From Phycisphaerales bacterium (GTDB lineage: Bacteria; Planctomycetota; Phycisphaerae; Phycisphaerales; UBA1924), in assembly GCA_035443945.1 (NCBI GenBank), contig DAOMNQ010000004.1, forward strand, positions 2,877 through 66,876: 64,000 nucleotides of DNA, given 5' to 3'. Under the pieces are notes generated by a model. The model made no database searches and had not been told where the DNA came from. It saw only the letters and a list, made by a program, of their open reading frames with translations. Positions 43,024-52,754 of the stretch are shown here, piece after piece. Position numbers and translations under genes: made by a program. How positions within the stretch are numbered: the stretch's first letter is position 1; the number at the start of each line of letters is the position of its first letter.

Positions 43024-44250
43024 ATGCTCATTGCAGGAACGCTGCTGCTGCCTGACGATCGCGTGGGTGGGTCGGGCGTCCGCCTGGCAACCGGCACCGT
43101 GCTCGTCCGAGACGGCCTCATCGTGGCCGTGCGCGAGGGCGTCTCGGCCGACAAACCGGATCTCGGCGGCGACGACGCCCTCATTCTGCCCGGCTTCATC
43201 GACGCCCACCTGCATCTGCCGCAGTTCGATTCGATCGGCGCGGACGGCATGGACCTGCTCCGGTGGCTCGACCGCGTGATCTACCCCGCCGAGGCCCGGT
43301 GGGCCGATCCGGACTTCGCCGGCGCGATGTCGCAGCGGGCCTGCCGACAGTTGGCCTCTTTCGGCACGACCGGCATCGCCGCGTATCTGACCGTGCATCA
43401 CGAAGGCTCGCTTGCGGCCGCCCGCGCTGTCGAGTCCTTCGGGCTGCGGTCGATCCTCGGCCAGACGCTCACCGACCGCGAGGCCCCGCAGGAACTCACC
43501 CGCCCGCCGCTGCAACTCCTGGCCGAGACGGAGGCTTTCCTCGACTCGCTCCGCGGGAACCCGCGCATCCAAGGTGCCGTGACGCCACGCTTCGCGGTCG
43601 CCTGCACACCCGAACTGCTGGCGGGCGCTGGCGCGCTGGCGAGGCGGAAGGGCGCCCCCGTCCAGACGCACCTCGCGGAAACCGAGGCCGAGTGCAGACG
43701 GGTCGAGGAACTCTTCAACGGCACGCCCTACACCGACATCTACGAGCGAGCCGGCCTGCTCGGCGAGCGGACGATCCTCGGCCACGGCATCTGGCTCGAT
43801 GCGGCGCAGCGCGCCACGCTGGCGCGCACCCGAAGCGTCATCGCCCACTGCCCCACCGCCAACACCTTCCTCCGCGCGGGCAGCATGGACCGCGCCGCAC
43901 TGCGGCGCGACGGCGTGCGCCTCGCCCTCGGCAGCGACGTTGCGGGCGGACCGGACCGCTCCATGGTTCGCGTGGCCCGCGCTATGATCGAAACCGCGAA
44001 AGCACGCGGCGACACCCCTCCCACCGCCGCGGACTGCTGGCGGCAGATCACGACGGGCAACGCGGATGCCCTCGGGTGGGGGGACACCGGCCGCATCGCG
44101 CCGACGGCGTGGGCCGATCTCGTCGTCGCCGCGCCCGACGTGCCGTGGCGCGACGCGCCCGATCCGCTCGCCCGGCTGCTCTACGCCTGGGACGACCGCT
44201 GGATCACCGCCACCCTCGCGGCGGGAAAGATCGTCCACCAACGCGCCTGA
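43024..44250 (+). CDS. amidohydrolase-superfamily deaminase, guanine-deaminase-like
   Basis: LILPGFIDAHLHLPQ (the HxHxPQ start typical of guanine deaminase), HLAETEAE, GHGIWL and LGSDVAGG. Confidence 0.6.
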   Translation: MLIAGTLLLPDDRVGGSGVRLATGTVLVRDGLIVAVREGVSADKPDLGGDDALILPGFIDAHLHLPQFDSIGADGMDLLRWLDRVIYPAEARWADPDFAGAMSQRACRQLASFGTTGIAAYLTVHHEGSLAAARAVESFGLRSILGQTLTDREAPQELTRPPLQLLAETEAFLDSLRGNPRIQGAVTPRFAVACTPELLAGAGALARRKGAPVQTHLAETEAECRRVEELFNGTPYTDIYERAGLLGERTILGHGIWLDAAQRATLARTRSVIAHCPTANTFLRAGSMDRAALRRDGVRLALGSDVAGGPDRSMVRVARAMIETAKARGDTPPTAADCWRQITTGNADALGWGDTGRIAPTAWADLVVAAPDVPWRDAPDPLARLLYAWDDRWITATLAAGKIVHQRA

Positions 44251-44254
44251 CCAC

Positions 44255-45979
44255 TCAGTGCCCGGCCGTGTACACCAGCGGCCCGCCCGGCCCGAGGTTG
44301 AACCCAACGCCCATCCACAGCAGCAGCATGGCGAGCCACACGATCGTGAACGTGATCGTGTACGGAAGCATCATTGAGATCAGCGACCCCATCCCGGCTC
44401 TCGGCGCGTACTTCTGCATCACCACCAGGATGATGACCAGATAGGCGTTCAGCGGCGTGATGATGTTCGTCGTCGAGTCTCCGATCCGGTACGCCGCCTG
44501 CGTCAGTTCCGGGCTGATCCCGATGATCATGAACATCGGCACGAAGATCGGCGCGAACATCGCGTACTTCGCGCTCATCGAGCCGACGAACAGGTTGAAC
44601 ACCGCCGTCAGCAGCACGAACGCGACCATGAGCACCGCGGGACTGAGATTCGCCCCCGCAAGGAACTCGCCGCCCGTGTAGGCGAGCATCTTGTCCAGGT
44701 TCGAGTACTTGAAGTACTCGATGAACTGGGCCGCGAAGAACGCGAGCACGATGATCGGCGCCATGCCCGCCATGGACTCGACCATCAGGCGAGCCGCGTC
44801 GGTGCTGTTTCGGACCGTCTTGACGACCACCCCGTACACGACCCCCGGCAGCAGGAACAGGATGAACAGCAGCGGCACGATCGCCTCGACCCAGCGGTCG
44901 AAGTGGTCCCCCGCGCGGTTCAGCCCGGGGATCGCCCCCATGCGTCCGCGAGCGTCGTCGAACGGCCAGCCGGGGATCAGTTTGAAGCACACGAACAGCA
45001 GCGTCGCCGCGGCCAGCACGCCGAACGCCCAGAACAGGCCGCGGATCTCCTCGGGGCGAAGACGCTGCGCCGCCGCGTCCTCCGCGGTCACCGGCGAAGG
45101 CCCGCCCTCCGCCGCCGCCTTTCCGGCGTAGCGGGGCTCGACCAGGAAGTCGCTGGTGATCCAGCCGACGCCCGTGATGACGATGGTGGACGCGATCATG
45201 AACCACCAGTTGCAGGTCGGGGCCACGTTGTAGCCAGGATCGATGACCTGCGCCCCGGCCGTGCTGAATCCCGCCAGCAGCGGGTCCAGGCTCGTCACCA
45301 GCAGGTTGGCGTTGAACCCCGCCGACACGCCCGCGAAGACCGCCGCGATGCCGGCGAGCGGCGAGCGGCCGACCGACTTGTACAGCGCCGCGGCGACCGG
45401 CGGCAGGACCACGTAGCCCGCGTCCGTTCCCAGCGACGACATGATGCCGAGGAAGATCATCGTGGGCGTGAGCAGTTGCTTCGGGACCACGACCATCATG
45501 GCCTTCAACGCCGCGCCGATGAACCCCGACCGCTCCGAAAGCCCGATCCCCAGCATCCCCACCAGTACCACCCCCAGCGGCGGGAAGTTCACGAAGTTGT
45601 CGACCATGCTCGAGATCGCGTAGTACAGCCCGTCCGCCGAGAGCAGGTTGCGCGTGCGGAAGGGCTGGCCGTCGTTGCGGCTCAGGTCATCAACGAGTTC
45701 CAGCACCGGCCGGCTCTGCTCGTCGAGCGCAGCCCGCGTCACCGGCCGCCCCGTCTCCACGTCCAGCACCGGCCTGCCCTCGTCGTCGAGCACCGTCTCG
45801 ACCACGGGCCGCAGCATCTTCGGCTGCACCGCCCACCCGGCGTAGTGCCCGACGGCCGACAGGGCCATAACCAGCACGGCCCCGAAGACGAAAATGAAGG
45901 CCGGGTCGGGCAGTTTGTTGCCGACCCACTCGATGAGGTCGAGCAGGCCCTTGCGGCGGTCGGCGGCGGCGTCGGACAT
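44255..45979 (-). CDS. AbgT family (p-aminobenzoyl-glutamate-type) transporter
   Basis: GLLDLIEWVGNKLPDPAFIFVFGAVLVMALS ... many TM helices, about 570 aa. AGGAGG lies 6 nt upstream of the ATG. Confidence 0.8.
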   Translation of the reverse strand: MSDAAADRRKGLLDLIEWVGNKLPDPAFIFVFGAVLVMALSAVGHYAGWAVQPKMLRPVVETVLDDEGRPVLDVETGRPVTRAALDEQSRPVLELVDDLSRNDGQPFRTRNLLSADGLYYAISSMVDNFVNFPPLGVVLVGMLGIGLSERSGFIGAALKAMMVVVPKQLLTPTMIFLGIMSSLGTDAGYVVLPPVAAALYKSVGRSPLAGIAAVFAGVSAGFNANLLVTSLDPLLAGFSTAGAQVIDPGYNVAPTCNWWFMIASTIVITGVGWITSDFLVEPRYAGKAAAEGGPSPVTAEDAAAQRLRPEEIRGLFWAFGVLAAATLLFVCFKLIPGWPFDDARGRMGAIPGLNRAGDHFDRWVEAIVPLLFILFLLPGVVYGVVVKTVRNSTDAARLMVESMAGMAPIIVLAFFAAQFIEYFKYSNLDKMLAYTGGEFLAGANLSPAVLMVAFVLLTAVFNLFVGSMSAKYAMFAPIFVPMFMIIGISPELTQAAYRIGDSTTNIITPLNAYLVIILVVMQKYAPRAGMGSLISMMLPYTITFTIVWLAMLLLWMGVGFNLGPGGPLVYTAGH

Positions 45980-46108
45980 CGGGTTCCTCCTGCGGCTCGG
46001 GACGGGCAGTCAAGGTACGCCCTCCCGCCGCCCGTCACAAGTCGCGGCGTGCCGGAAGACGATCCGCTATCCTCCCCGCCGCCGCACCCGAAGCCGGAAG
46101 GGAAACCG

Positions 46109-47755
46109 ATGGCCTCCGCCAAGTACCGCTCGTCGCCCGACCAGACCCGCACGACGATGCCCCCCGGTGTCCCCTACATCATCGGCAACGAACTCGCCGA
46201 GCGGTTTTCGTTCTACGGCATGAAGACGATCCTGACGGTCTTCATGACCAAGCACCTGCTCGACTCTGCCGGACAGCCCGCCTTCATGTCCGACGAGCAG
46301 GCGAAGCAGTGGTATCACCTCTTCAGCGCGGCGGCGTACTTCTTCCCGATCCTCGGTGCGATCGTCTCGGACATCCTTTGGGGCAAGTACCGCACCATCC
46401 TGCTCATCTCGCTGATGTACTGCGTTGGGCACGGGTGCCTCGCCCTCATGGACCTGGGACCGATCACCGGCGCATGGGACATGAAGCCTCTCCTTTTCGC
46501 GGGCCTCATCCTCATCGCCATCGGCGCGGGCGGCATCAAACCCTGCGTTTCCGCCCACGTCGGCGACCAGTTCGGCAAGGGCAACAAGCGGCTGCTCACC
46601 CAGGTCTACAACTGGTTCTACTTCTCGATCAACCTCGGCGCGACCGCGAGTTCCCTGCTGACTCCCGTCTTTCTCGCGGGCATCCCGCTGGAGAGGGACC
46701 CCGCGACCGGCGAAGTGCTGCGCACGTTCGGCGGACCGTGGCTCGCCTTCGGCGTCCCGGGCGTGCTGATGGGCATCGCGACCTTCGTCTTCTGGCTCGG
46801 ACGCAAGCGGTTCGTTCACATCGCGCCCGCGGGGTGGGTACGGTTCCGAGAGGAGACGTTCAGTCCTGACGGACGGCGCGCCATCTCCAATCTTGCGCCG
46901 CTCTTCCTCGTCTTCGTCCCCATGTTCTGGTGCATCTTCGACCAGACCGGCTCGGCGTGGGTTCTCCAGGCAAGGGCGATGGACCTCAAGTTCTTCGGCG
47001 TGACCTGGCTCGAGTCTCAGGTGCAGGCCGTCAATCCGATCCTCATTCTCATCCTCATCCCGACCTTCACCTACGGCGTGTATCCGCTGATGGGCAGGTT
47101 CTTCGAGCCGACTCCTCTCCGCAAGATCGGCATCGGGCTTGCCCTCACAGCGTTCTCGTTCGTCATCTCGGCGTGGATCGAGATGGGCATCCAGGAGCGG
47201 GCGCCCGAGGCCGCCGCCGCGCTCTGGGCCGCGCTGAACGAGGCCGGGATCGCGGGCGCCGGCGACGTGAACGCCGCGCTGCGCGCCGCGGCCGAGGCGG
47301 GCTGGCACGACAACCGCGTTCAACAGTACATGGGCGACATGCCGAACATCGGCTGGCAGTTCCTCGCCTACATCGTGCTCACTTCCGCCGAGGTCATGGT
47401 CTCGATCGTCTGTCTTGAGTTCGCCTACACCCAGGCGCCCGCCCGCATGAAGTCGTTCATCATGGGCATCTACTTCCTCGGCGTCTCGCTCGGCAATCTT
47501 GTGACGGCTGCGGTCAACAAGATCATTGAGATTCCCGAAGTCCGCGACTCGGCGACCAACGATGTGATCACTGCAGCGGGTTCCAGGCTCGGACCAGTGG
47601 ACTACTACTGGTTCTTCGCGGCGATGATGGCCGCCACCTCCGTCGTGTACGTCGTCTTCGCGAAGTTCTTCTACCGCGGCAAGACGTTCATCCAGGGCCT
47701 GCCGCCGGACGATGCCTCGTCGATGGCGGAAGCGGAAGCGCCGGACGCTCGCTGA
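46109..47755 (+). CDS. POT/PTR2 family proton-dependent oligopeptide transporter
   Basis: GNELAERFSFYGMKTILTVFMT (the ExxERFxYYG-type PTR2 motif), GAGGIKPCVSAHVGDQF and FYFSINLGA. Divergent from abgT. The track's 44903 start is antisense overlap with abgT. Confidence 0.85.
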   Translation: MASAKYRSSPDQTRTTMPPGVPYIIGNELAERFSFYGMKTILTVFMTKHLLDSAGQPAFMSDEQAKQWYHLFSAAAYFFPILGAIVSDILWGKYRTILLISLMYCVGHGCLALMDLGPITGAWDMKPLLFAGLILIAIGAGGIKPCVSAHVGDQFGKGNKRLLTQVYNWFYFSINLGATASSLLTPVFLAGIPLERDPATGEVLRTFGGPWLAFGVPGVLMGIATFVFWLGRKRFVHIAPAGWVRFREETFSPDGRRAISNLAPLFLVFVPMFWCIFDQTGSAWVLQARAMDLKFFGVTWLESQVQAVNPILILILIPTFTYGVYPLMGRFFEPTPLRKIGIGLALTAFSFVISAWIEMGIQERAPEAAAALWAALNEAGIAGAGDVNAALRAAAEAGWHDNRVQQYMGDMPNIGWQFLAYIVLTSAEVMVSIVCLEFAYTQAPARMKSFIMGIYFLGVSLGNLVTAAVNKIIEIPEVRDSATNDVITAAGSRLGPVDYYWFFAAMMAATSVVYVVFAKFFYRGKTFIQGLPPDDASSMAEAEAPDAR

Positions 47756-47762
47756 ACCGCCT

Positions 47763-48470
47763 TCACCCCGCCACGGGCCTCAGCGCCCCGCTCAGCAGCC
47801 CCCCCGCCGCCACCGCCAGCCACAGCCCGAAGTGGCACGCCATCAGGATCAGCGTCTCGCGCGGCGGCAGACGGAAGAACGACCACACGACGCCCGCGTA
47901 CGCCACGGCCGCCAGCGCGAACTCGTCGATGCGCCCCGGGATCGGGACGTTCAGGTTCACCACCAGCGCGAACGCCGACACCGCCAGGAACATCCGCCCC
48001 GCGGCCTGCTCGAACCGAGAAAACCGACGCTCGGTCAGGAGCGAGGCGACCATGACGGCCGCCACTCCGGTCCCCGTGTGCATGAGCGTCTCGTACAGCG
48101 TCTTGACGACCGACAGGGCAGTTGGACGGAACGGCGTGTTCAGGCCGTTGAAGACCAGCGCGGCCACCAGCGCAACCGCGCCCAGAATCGCCGGCAGTTT
48201 CCACCCTCCGGGCATCGGCAGCACGAAGTCCAGCCGTTCCTTCGGCTTTTCGTCCTCCGGTCTCGCCTTCGCCGTCTTCGGCCTGCCCTTGATCGCCGCC
48301 TCGACCTCGGGATCGCTCAGCAGGTCCGCGTCCTCATCGAACTCGTCCAGCAGCCCCTCCTTGAACGGCACGGGCTTCGGCCGCTCAGGCTCGGGACCAA
48401 GCGGGATCGGTCCCGACTCGTCGGGCCTGGCCTTGCTCGATTCGCTGGCGTCACTCATGGAGGCTCCCAT
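47763..48470 (-). CDS. hypothetical membrane protein (acidic disordered N-terminus + ~4 TM helices)
   Basis: Coding-like composition, with TM segments (LPAILGAVALVAALVF, GVAAVMVASLL, MFLAVSAFALVV, LMACHFGLWLAVAAGGLL). I do not recognise any family. Confidence 0.45.
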   Translation of the reverse strand: MGASMSDASESSKARPDESGPIPLGPEPERPKPVPFKEGLLDEFDEDADLLSDPEVEAAIKGRPKTAKARPEDEKPKERLDFVLPMPGGWKLPAILGAVALVAALVFNGLNTPFRPTALSVVKTLYETLMHTGTGVAAVMVASLLTERRFSRFEQAAGRMFLAVSAFALVVNLNVPIPGRIDEFALAAVAYAGVVWSFFRLPPRETLILMACHFGLWLAVAAGGLLSGALRPVAG

Positions 48471-48550
48471 CCGTTGTTGGGATACCAGAGGATAGCCGTT
48501 CGGCTATCGTGCCCCGCCGGGCGCAGGCCCGCGCGAAGAGGAGCGACGAG

Positions 48551-49582
48551 ATGACCTTCGACCCAGACGCGGCGGTCGCGCCGGGCGCAGGCGTGTTCGG
48601 CCTGCCTACCGCACGCGAAGACGCCCGCATCGTCCTCATCCCCGTACCCTTCGAAGCGACGACCTCCTACGGCGGCGGCACCGAGCGCGGCCCGGAGGCG
48701 ATCCGCGCCGCCTCCGCCCAGGTCGACCTCCACGACCGCCGATTCGGACCCGTCTGGCGCCAGGGCATCTTCATGGAGGACGAGGACGCCCGGTTCCGCC
48801 TGTGGGGACGCGAGGCCCGTGAGCACGCACGCCGCATCATCGAGCGCGGCGGCGCGGGGCCGGGCGATGAGGAAGCCGTCGGCAAGGTGGACACGGCCGG
48901 CTCGCAAATGAACGCTCTTGTCGCCGAGCGGGTGTTCGCCGCCTTGGACGAGGGTCGGGTGCCCGGCGTCATCGGCGGGGAGCACAGCGTCTCGTACGGC
49001 GCGATCCGCGCGTGCGCCGAACGCTGGGGCGACATCGGCGTCCTCCAAATCGACGCCCACATGGACCTGCGCGACCGCTTCGAGGGCTTCCGGTGGTCGC
49101 ACGCCTCCGTCATGTTCAACGTGCTGGAGGACGAACAGCGCGTGAAGCGCGTGGTGCAGGTCGGCATCCGCGACTTCGGCGAACGGGAGGAGGAGTACGC
49201 GAACCGACGAGCCGGGGACGAACGCCGCGTCATCGTCCACTATGACGACGACCTCTTCGACCGCCTCGCCGCCGGCCGCTCCTTCGCCAAACGCTGCCGA
49301 CGCATCGTCGAGGCCCTGCCCGAGCGTGTCTACGTCACCTTCGACATCGACGGCCTCGACCCCGGCCTCTGCCCGCACACCGGGACACCCGTCCCCGGCG
49401 GCCTCTCCTGGCGTGAGGTCTCCCTCCTGCTGGGCACGCTCGCGGCGTCGGGCAGGCAGTTCGTCGGGTTCGATCTCGTCGAAGTCGCGCCCGGCCCGGA
49501 AGGCGACCAATGGGACGCCAATGTCGGTGCCAGAGTCCTCTACCGGCTCTGCGGCCTCGTCGGGCAGTCGGCCGCTCGGTAG
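48551..49582 (+). CDS. speB: agmatinase / ureohydrolase family protein
   Basis: IGGEHSVSYGAI, QIDAHMDLRD, GIRDF and TFDIDGLDPGLCPHTGTPVPGGLSWRE. All Mn-ligand blocks are present. Confidence 0.8.
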   Translation: MTFDPDAAVAPGAGVFGLPTAREDARIVLIPVPFEATTSYGGGTERGPEAIRAASAQVDLHDRRFGPVWRQGIFMEDEDARFRLWGREAREHARRIIERGGAGPGDEEAVGKVDTAGSQMNALVAERVFAALDEGRVPGVIGGEHSVSYGAIRACAERWGDIGVLQIDAHMDLRDRFEGFRWSHASVMFNVLEDEQRVKRVVQVGIRDFGEREEEYANRRAGDERRVIVHYDDDLFDRLAAGRSFAKRCRRIVEALPERVYVTFDIDGLDPGLCPHTGTPVPGGLSWREVSLLLGTLAASGRQFVGFDLVEVAPGPEGDQWDANVGARVLYRLCGLVGQSAAR

Positions 49583-49589
49583 ATGCGGG

Positions 49590-50321
49590 TCAGCCGCCGC
49601 TCGCGGGAGAATCCCCCGGCCCCGGGGGAGGGAATCGCCCAGCCGTGCGACGGCGCAGTTCCGCTCGCAGTTCAAGCCGCATCGTGTCGATCTCCCGCCG
49701 CAGCCTGTCGAGCGCAGCGTCCGGCCCGTCGCGGAGCAGTTCGTCGTGCGGGATCGGCTCGCCGTAGCGGACTGCGACGCGGCATCCGAAGAGACGAGGC
49801 CACTTGGCGGAACGGGGCCAGGCGTCGAACACCCCCTCGATCGCCACCGGCATGACCGGGCACGATGACCGGCGGACCAGTACGGCGACGCCGCGCTTGA
49901 ACTCCTGCAACGCCCCGTCCGACGTGCGTGAGCCTTCCGGGAAGATGAGCACCCCCCGCCCCGCTTCGAGGCGACGGAGAATCTCGCGGATCGCGGCCGC
50001 GTCGGCCCCCTCCTCGCTGATGGGGATCGAGTTCAAGGCCCGGATCAGGCCGCCGAAGACGGGGGACGCGAACAGCCCTGCCCTGGCGACATAATCCAGA
50101 TGCCTCTTTGTGACGGCAAACCCGATCACCGGGGGGTCGAGGAATGACTGATGATTGGCGGCGAGCAGAACCGGCCCTGTCAGCGGCACGCGCCCAAGTT
50201 CCTGCACGACAGGCCGGTACAGCACACGGACGATGAGCGAGAGGAGCCGCCGCATCCCCTCGTAGACGAGCAGGTTGCCGAGTGTGGTTCCCGGGCGTCT
50301 GGCCCGCAGCCGTGCGAACAT
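49590..50321 (-). CDS. plsC: 1-acyl-sn-glycerol-3-phosphate acyltransferase
   Basis: LLAANHQSFLDPPV (NHxxxxD), ARAGLF, IFPEGSRTSDG and PVMPVAI. The start is set at ATG 50321; the longer track ORF overlaps cmk. Confidence 0.85.
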   Translation of the reverse strand: MFARLRARRPGTTLGNLLVYEGMRRLLSLIVRVLYRPVVQELGRVPLTGPVLLAANHQSFLDPPVIGFAVTKRHLDYVARAGLFASPVFGGLIRALNSIPISEEGADAAAIREILRRLEAGRGVLIFPEGSRTSDGALQEFKRGVAVLVRRSSCPVMPVAIEGVFDAWPRSAKWPRLFGCRVAVRYGEPIPHDELLRDGPDAALDRLRREIDTMRLELRAELRRRTAGRFPPPGPGDSPASGG

Positions 50322-50367
50322 GAGCGGAGGGTACCGTCCGGGCGTTTCCCGCGCCTCAGCAACGCCG

Positions 50368-51111
50368 TCAGAGCAGGGCGGCGATCCTCGTCCGGACCGC
50401 GTCCTCCAGCCGATCCACAACCTCTTCAAACAACAATCGGGTCGTGTCCACGCGGACGGCATCCGGCGGGCAGACCAGCGGCCCAACCGGCCGGGTCGAG
50501 TCCGAGCGGTCTCGTTCGACGATGTCACGAAGCAAGCGGGCTTCATCCGCAGGCAGGCCGGCCGCACGCAGTTGGTCGGCCCGGCGTCGGGCACGCTCGG
50601 CGGGGTCGGCGTCGAGGTAGAACTTCACGGCGGCGTCCGGGAAGACCACCGACCCCTGGTCCCGCCCCTCGGAAACAAGCCTCGGATGCTGGTGCCAGAT
50701 GATGCGCTGCTTCTGCACCATGTGGGCCCGAAGTTCCGGGATCGCGGAGATGGGCGAGACGATCGCCGTCACGTCCGGCTCCCGGATGCGGCCGTTGATG
50801 GGCCGGTCCCAGGCGAGCATCGCGGGTGGGTCGCTCGACCAGTCGAAGTGCAGGTCCGCGCTGCGGACTTTTTCGACGATGGCTCTGTGGTCGTCGTGAG
50901 AGATGCCGTGGTCGATGACGATGGCCGCGGCGGCCCGGTACATCGCTCCCGTGTCGAGAAAGTCCAGTCCCAGCCGCGCCGCGAGGGCGCGCGCGACGGA
51001 AGACTTGCCCGTTCCGGCGGGGCCGTCGATCGTGATGATGATGGGCAGGTCGGGAGGCACGACGATCTGGGGACGAGGCCGGGTAGGGATCGTTGCGCCG
51101 CGTGATTCCAT
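50368..51111 (-). CDS. cmk: (d)CMP kinase
   Basis: IIITIDGPAGTGKSSVARALAARLGLDFLDTGAMYRA. The cmk-plsC order is common. The start is uncertain (51123, 51111 or GTG 51069). Confidence 0.88.
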   Translation of the reverse strand: MESRGATIPTRPRPQIVVPPDLPIIITIDGPAGTGKSSVARALAARLGLDFLDTGAMYRAAAAIVIDHGISHDDHRAIVEKVRSADLHFDWSSDPPAMLAWDRPINGRIREPDVTAIVSPISAIPELRAHMVQKQRIIWHQHPRLVSEGRDQGSVVFPDAAVKFYLDADPAERARRRADQLRAAGLPADEARLLRDIVERDRSDSTRPVGPLVCPPDAVRVDTTRLLFEEVVDRLEDAVRTRIAALL

Positions 51112-51141
51112 CGCTCGGCCCAACCCCCGGCCGCACAGGCG

Positions 51142-52005
51142 TTACGCCTCGACGGCCCGGCGGATCGCATCCACCAACGCCGCTCGGCTCATCTTCACGC
51201 CCAGTGTAGCGTCTCCTCCGCCACGGTACTCCACCGCCAGATTGCCGTCGAACCCCACCGACAGCACAGCCCGAACCATCGGCTCCAGCGCGTACGCGGT
51301 GTGCTCGGGCGGTGGAGGCTCCTCCGGGATATCTGGCTCCGGCTGGGCATTCTTGCGGGGCTTGGAGGCGGTCGGCACAGCAAACGTCACCGTCGAGGCG
51401 GAGACGGCCGCGGCATACGGCGTGAGGCGACGCAGGTAGGAAACCGCGTCGCCGGACGCGACGGCCGTCTGGAAATCGGGCATGGTGCCGATCCGGAAGC
51501 CCCCGACCGACTTGATGAGTTCGGTGAGGCGAACAGGCTCGGCCGTCAGGCCGGGAGCGGGGGCGAGCGCCAGGTTGATCTCGAGTTTCTCCGCTCGCTC
51601 GACGACAGGCCGAAGCCGCTCGGCCACGACCTCCTCGCTCTCTTCCGACGCGTCCGACTGGATGCAGACGGAAACGGCGTTGCAGCCGAGGAACGCGCCC
51701 GCCTGGAGCACCCGCTTCGCCCGTTCCACGACTTTCTCCCCCTCATCCTCGTTGAGGCTTGCGAAGGCCAGGGGACGGGGTTCGATCAACACCAGGCACG
51801 AGCAGCGGGCCTTGTCCGCGCTGTCGCGAAGACGCTCGAGGTCGCGGGCCTCAGCGCCAACAAGGAGGCCGGTGGAGAGGTTCAATCCGTGCAGTCCCAG
51901 ATCGCCGCCAACGATCGCCGGCAGGGCGTGCAGGTCCGGCTTGCCGGATGAACGCCGTGTGGCAAGGAAGGGTCGCGCATCGGTCACTGTGAGCGTCAGC
52001 AGCAT
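51142..52005 (-). CDS. xylose-isomerase-like TIM-barrel protein (sugar phosphate isomerase/epimerase family)
   Basis: GLNLSTGLL ... CSCLVLIEP ... AGAFLGCNAVSVCIQ ... INLALAPAPG ... GFDGNLAVEYRGGGD resembles the AP-endonuclease-2/XylA-like TIM family. Moderate confidence only. Confidence 0.5.
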   Translation of the reverse strand: MLLTLTVTDARPFLATRRSSGKPDLHALPAIVGGDLGLHGLNLSTGLLVGAEARDLERLRDSADKARCSCLVLIEPRPLAFASLNEDEGEKVVERAKRVLQAGAFLGCNAVSVCIQSDASEESEEVVAERLRPVVERAEKLEINLALAPAPGLTAEPVRLTELIKSVGGFRIGTMPDFQTAVASGDAVSYLRRLTPYAAAVSASTVTFAVPTASKPRKNAQPEPDIPEEPPPPEHTAYALEPMVRAVLSVGFDGNLAVEYRGGGDATLGVKMSRAALVDAIRRAVEA

Positions 52006-52318
52006 GTCCGTGGATACCCCTCCGGCCAGCAGACTCTACCCGTGCAACCCCTGAGCCGCCACGGAAAGCCGGACAGGCAGGGTACGACAAAGAAAGACGG
52101 TCGGGCCGTGAGGCACCGACCGTCCGGAGGGGAGAGACAGGTGAGAAGTGGCCACAATAGCGGAATCGTTCAAGCCATGTCAAGCCGCCTTTGGCAAGGG
52201 GGGCAGACTTGGGGTTTCCACTTGAGGAACAGGCTCATACCATTCCGCCCGCTCTGGATGGCTCAGGCCATCGAATGAAGCGACAAGGCCGAACCTGTCA
52301 GCACCCTCTTCCGAAGGA

Positions 52319-52705
52319 ATGCCCATGGCCAGCCCGTCCGACCGCCGCTACTCCGACTCGCACGAATGGCACAAGATCGAAGGCGAAACGCTCACGCTCG
52401 GGCTGACGCGGTTCGCCGTCGATCAACTCACGGACGTCACCTACGTCGAGATGAAGAAGCCCGGTTTCGCGTTCCGCGCCGGCGACTCGGTGGGCGAGGT
52501 CGAGAGCGTGAAGACGACGAGCGATGTGTATTGCGCGTGCGCGGGCGAGGTGCTCGAGGCCAACCCGGCTGTCGCCGAAGACCCGAGCCTGCTCAACAGC
52601 GACCCCTACGGCGCGGGCTGGCTCGTGAAGATCACGATCAAGGACGCGGCGGGGCTGGACGGGCTGATGGACGCGGCCGCCTACGACGCCAAGTACGGCA
52701 CGTGA
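52319..52705 (+). CDS. gcvH: glycine cleavage system H protein (lipoyl carrier)
   Basis: YSDSHEWHKIEGETLTLGLTRFAVDQLTDVTYVEM, lipoyl-lysine block GEVESVKTTSDVY, and DPYGAGWLVKI. Confidence 0.9.
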   Translation: MPMASPSDRRYSDSHEWHKIEGETLTLGLTRFAVDQLTDVTYVEMKKPGFAFRAGDSVGEVESVKTTSDVYCACAGEVLEANPAVAEDPSLLNSDPYGAGWLVKITIKDAAGLDGLMDAAAYDAKYGT

Positions 52706-52754
52706 GCCGACGAACTCCCAGCATCGAACGGCGCGGGACACGGGCGGTGCCCGC

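Noticed and set aside
52006-52318. Glycine riboswitch upstream of gcvH
   Set aside because: The core elements (GGAGAG, CACCGAAGGGGCAA, CUCAGGCAAAAGGAC) are not present in the right order or spacing on either strand. Only isolated short matches occur. The region is kept as an unexplained region in the findings.
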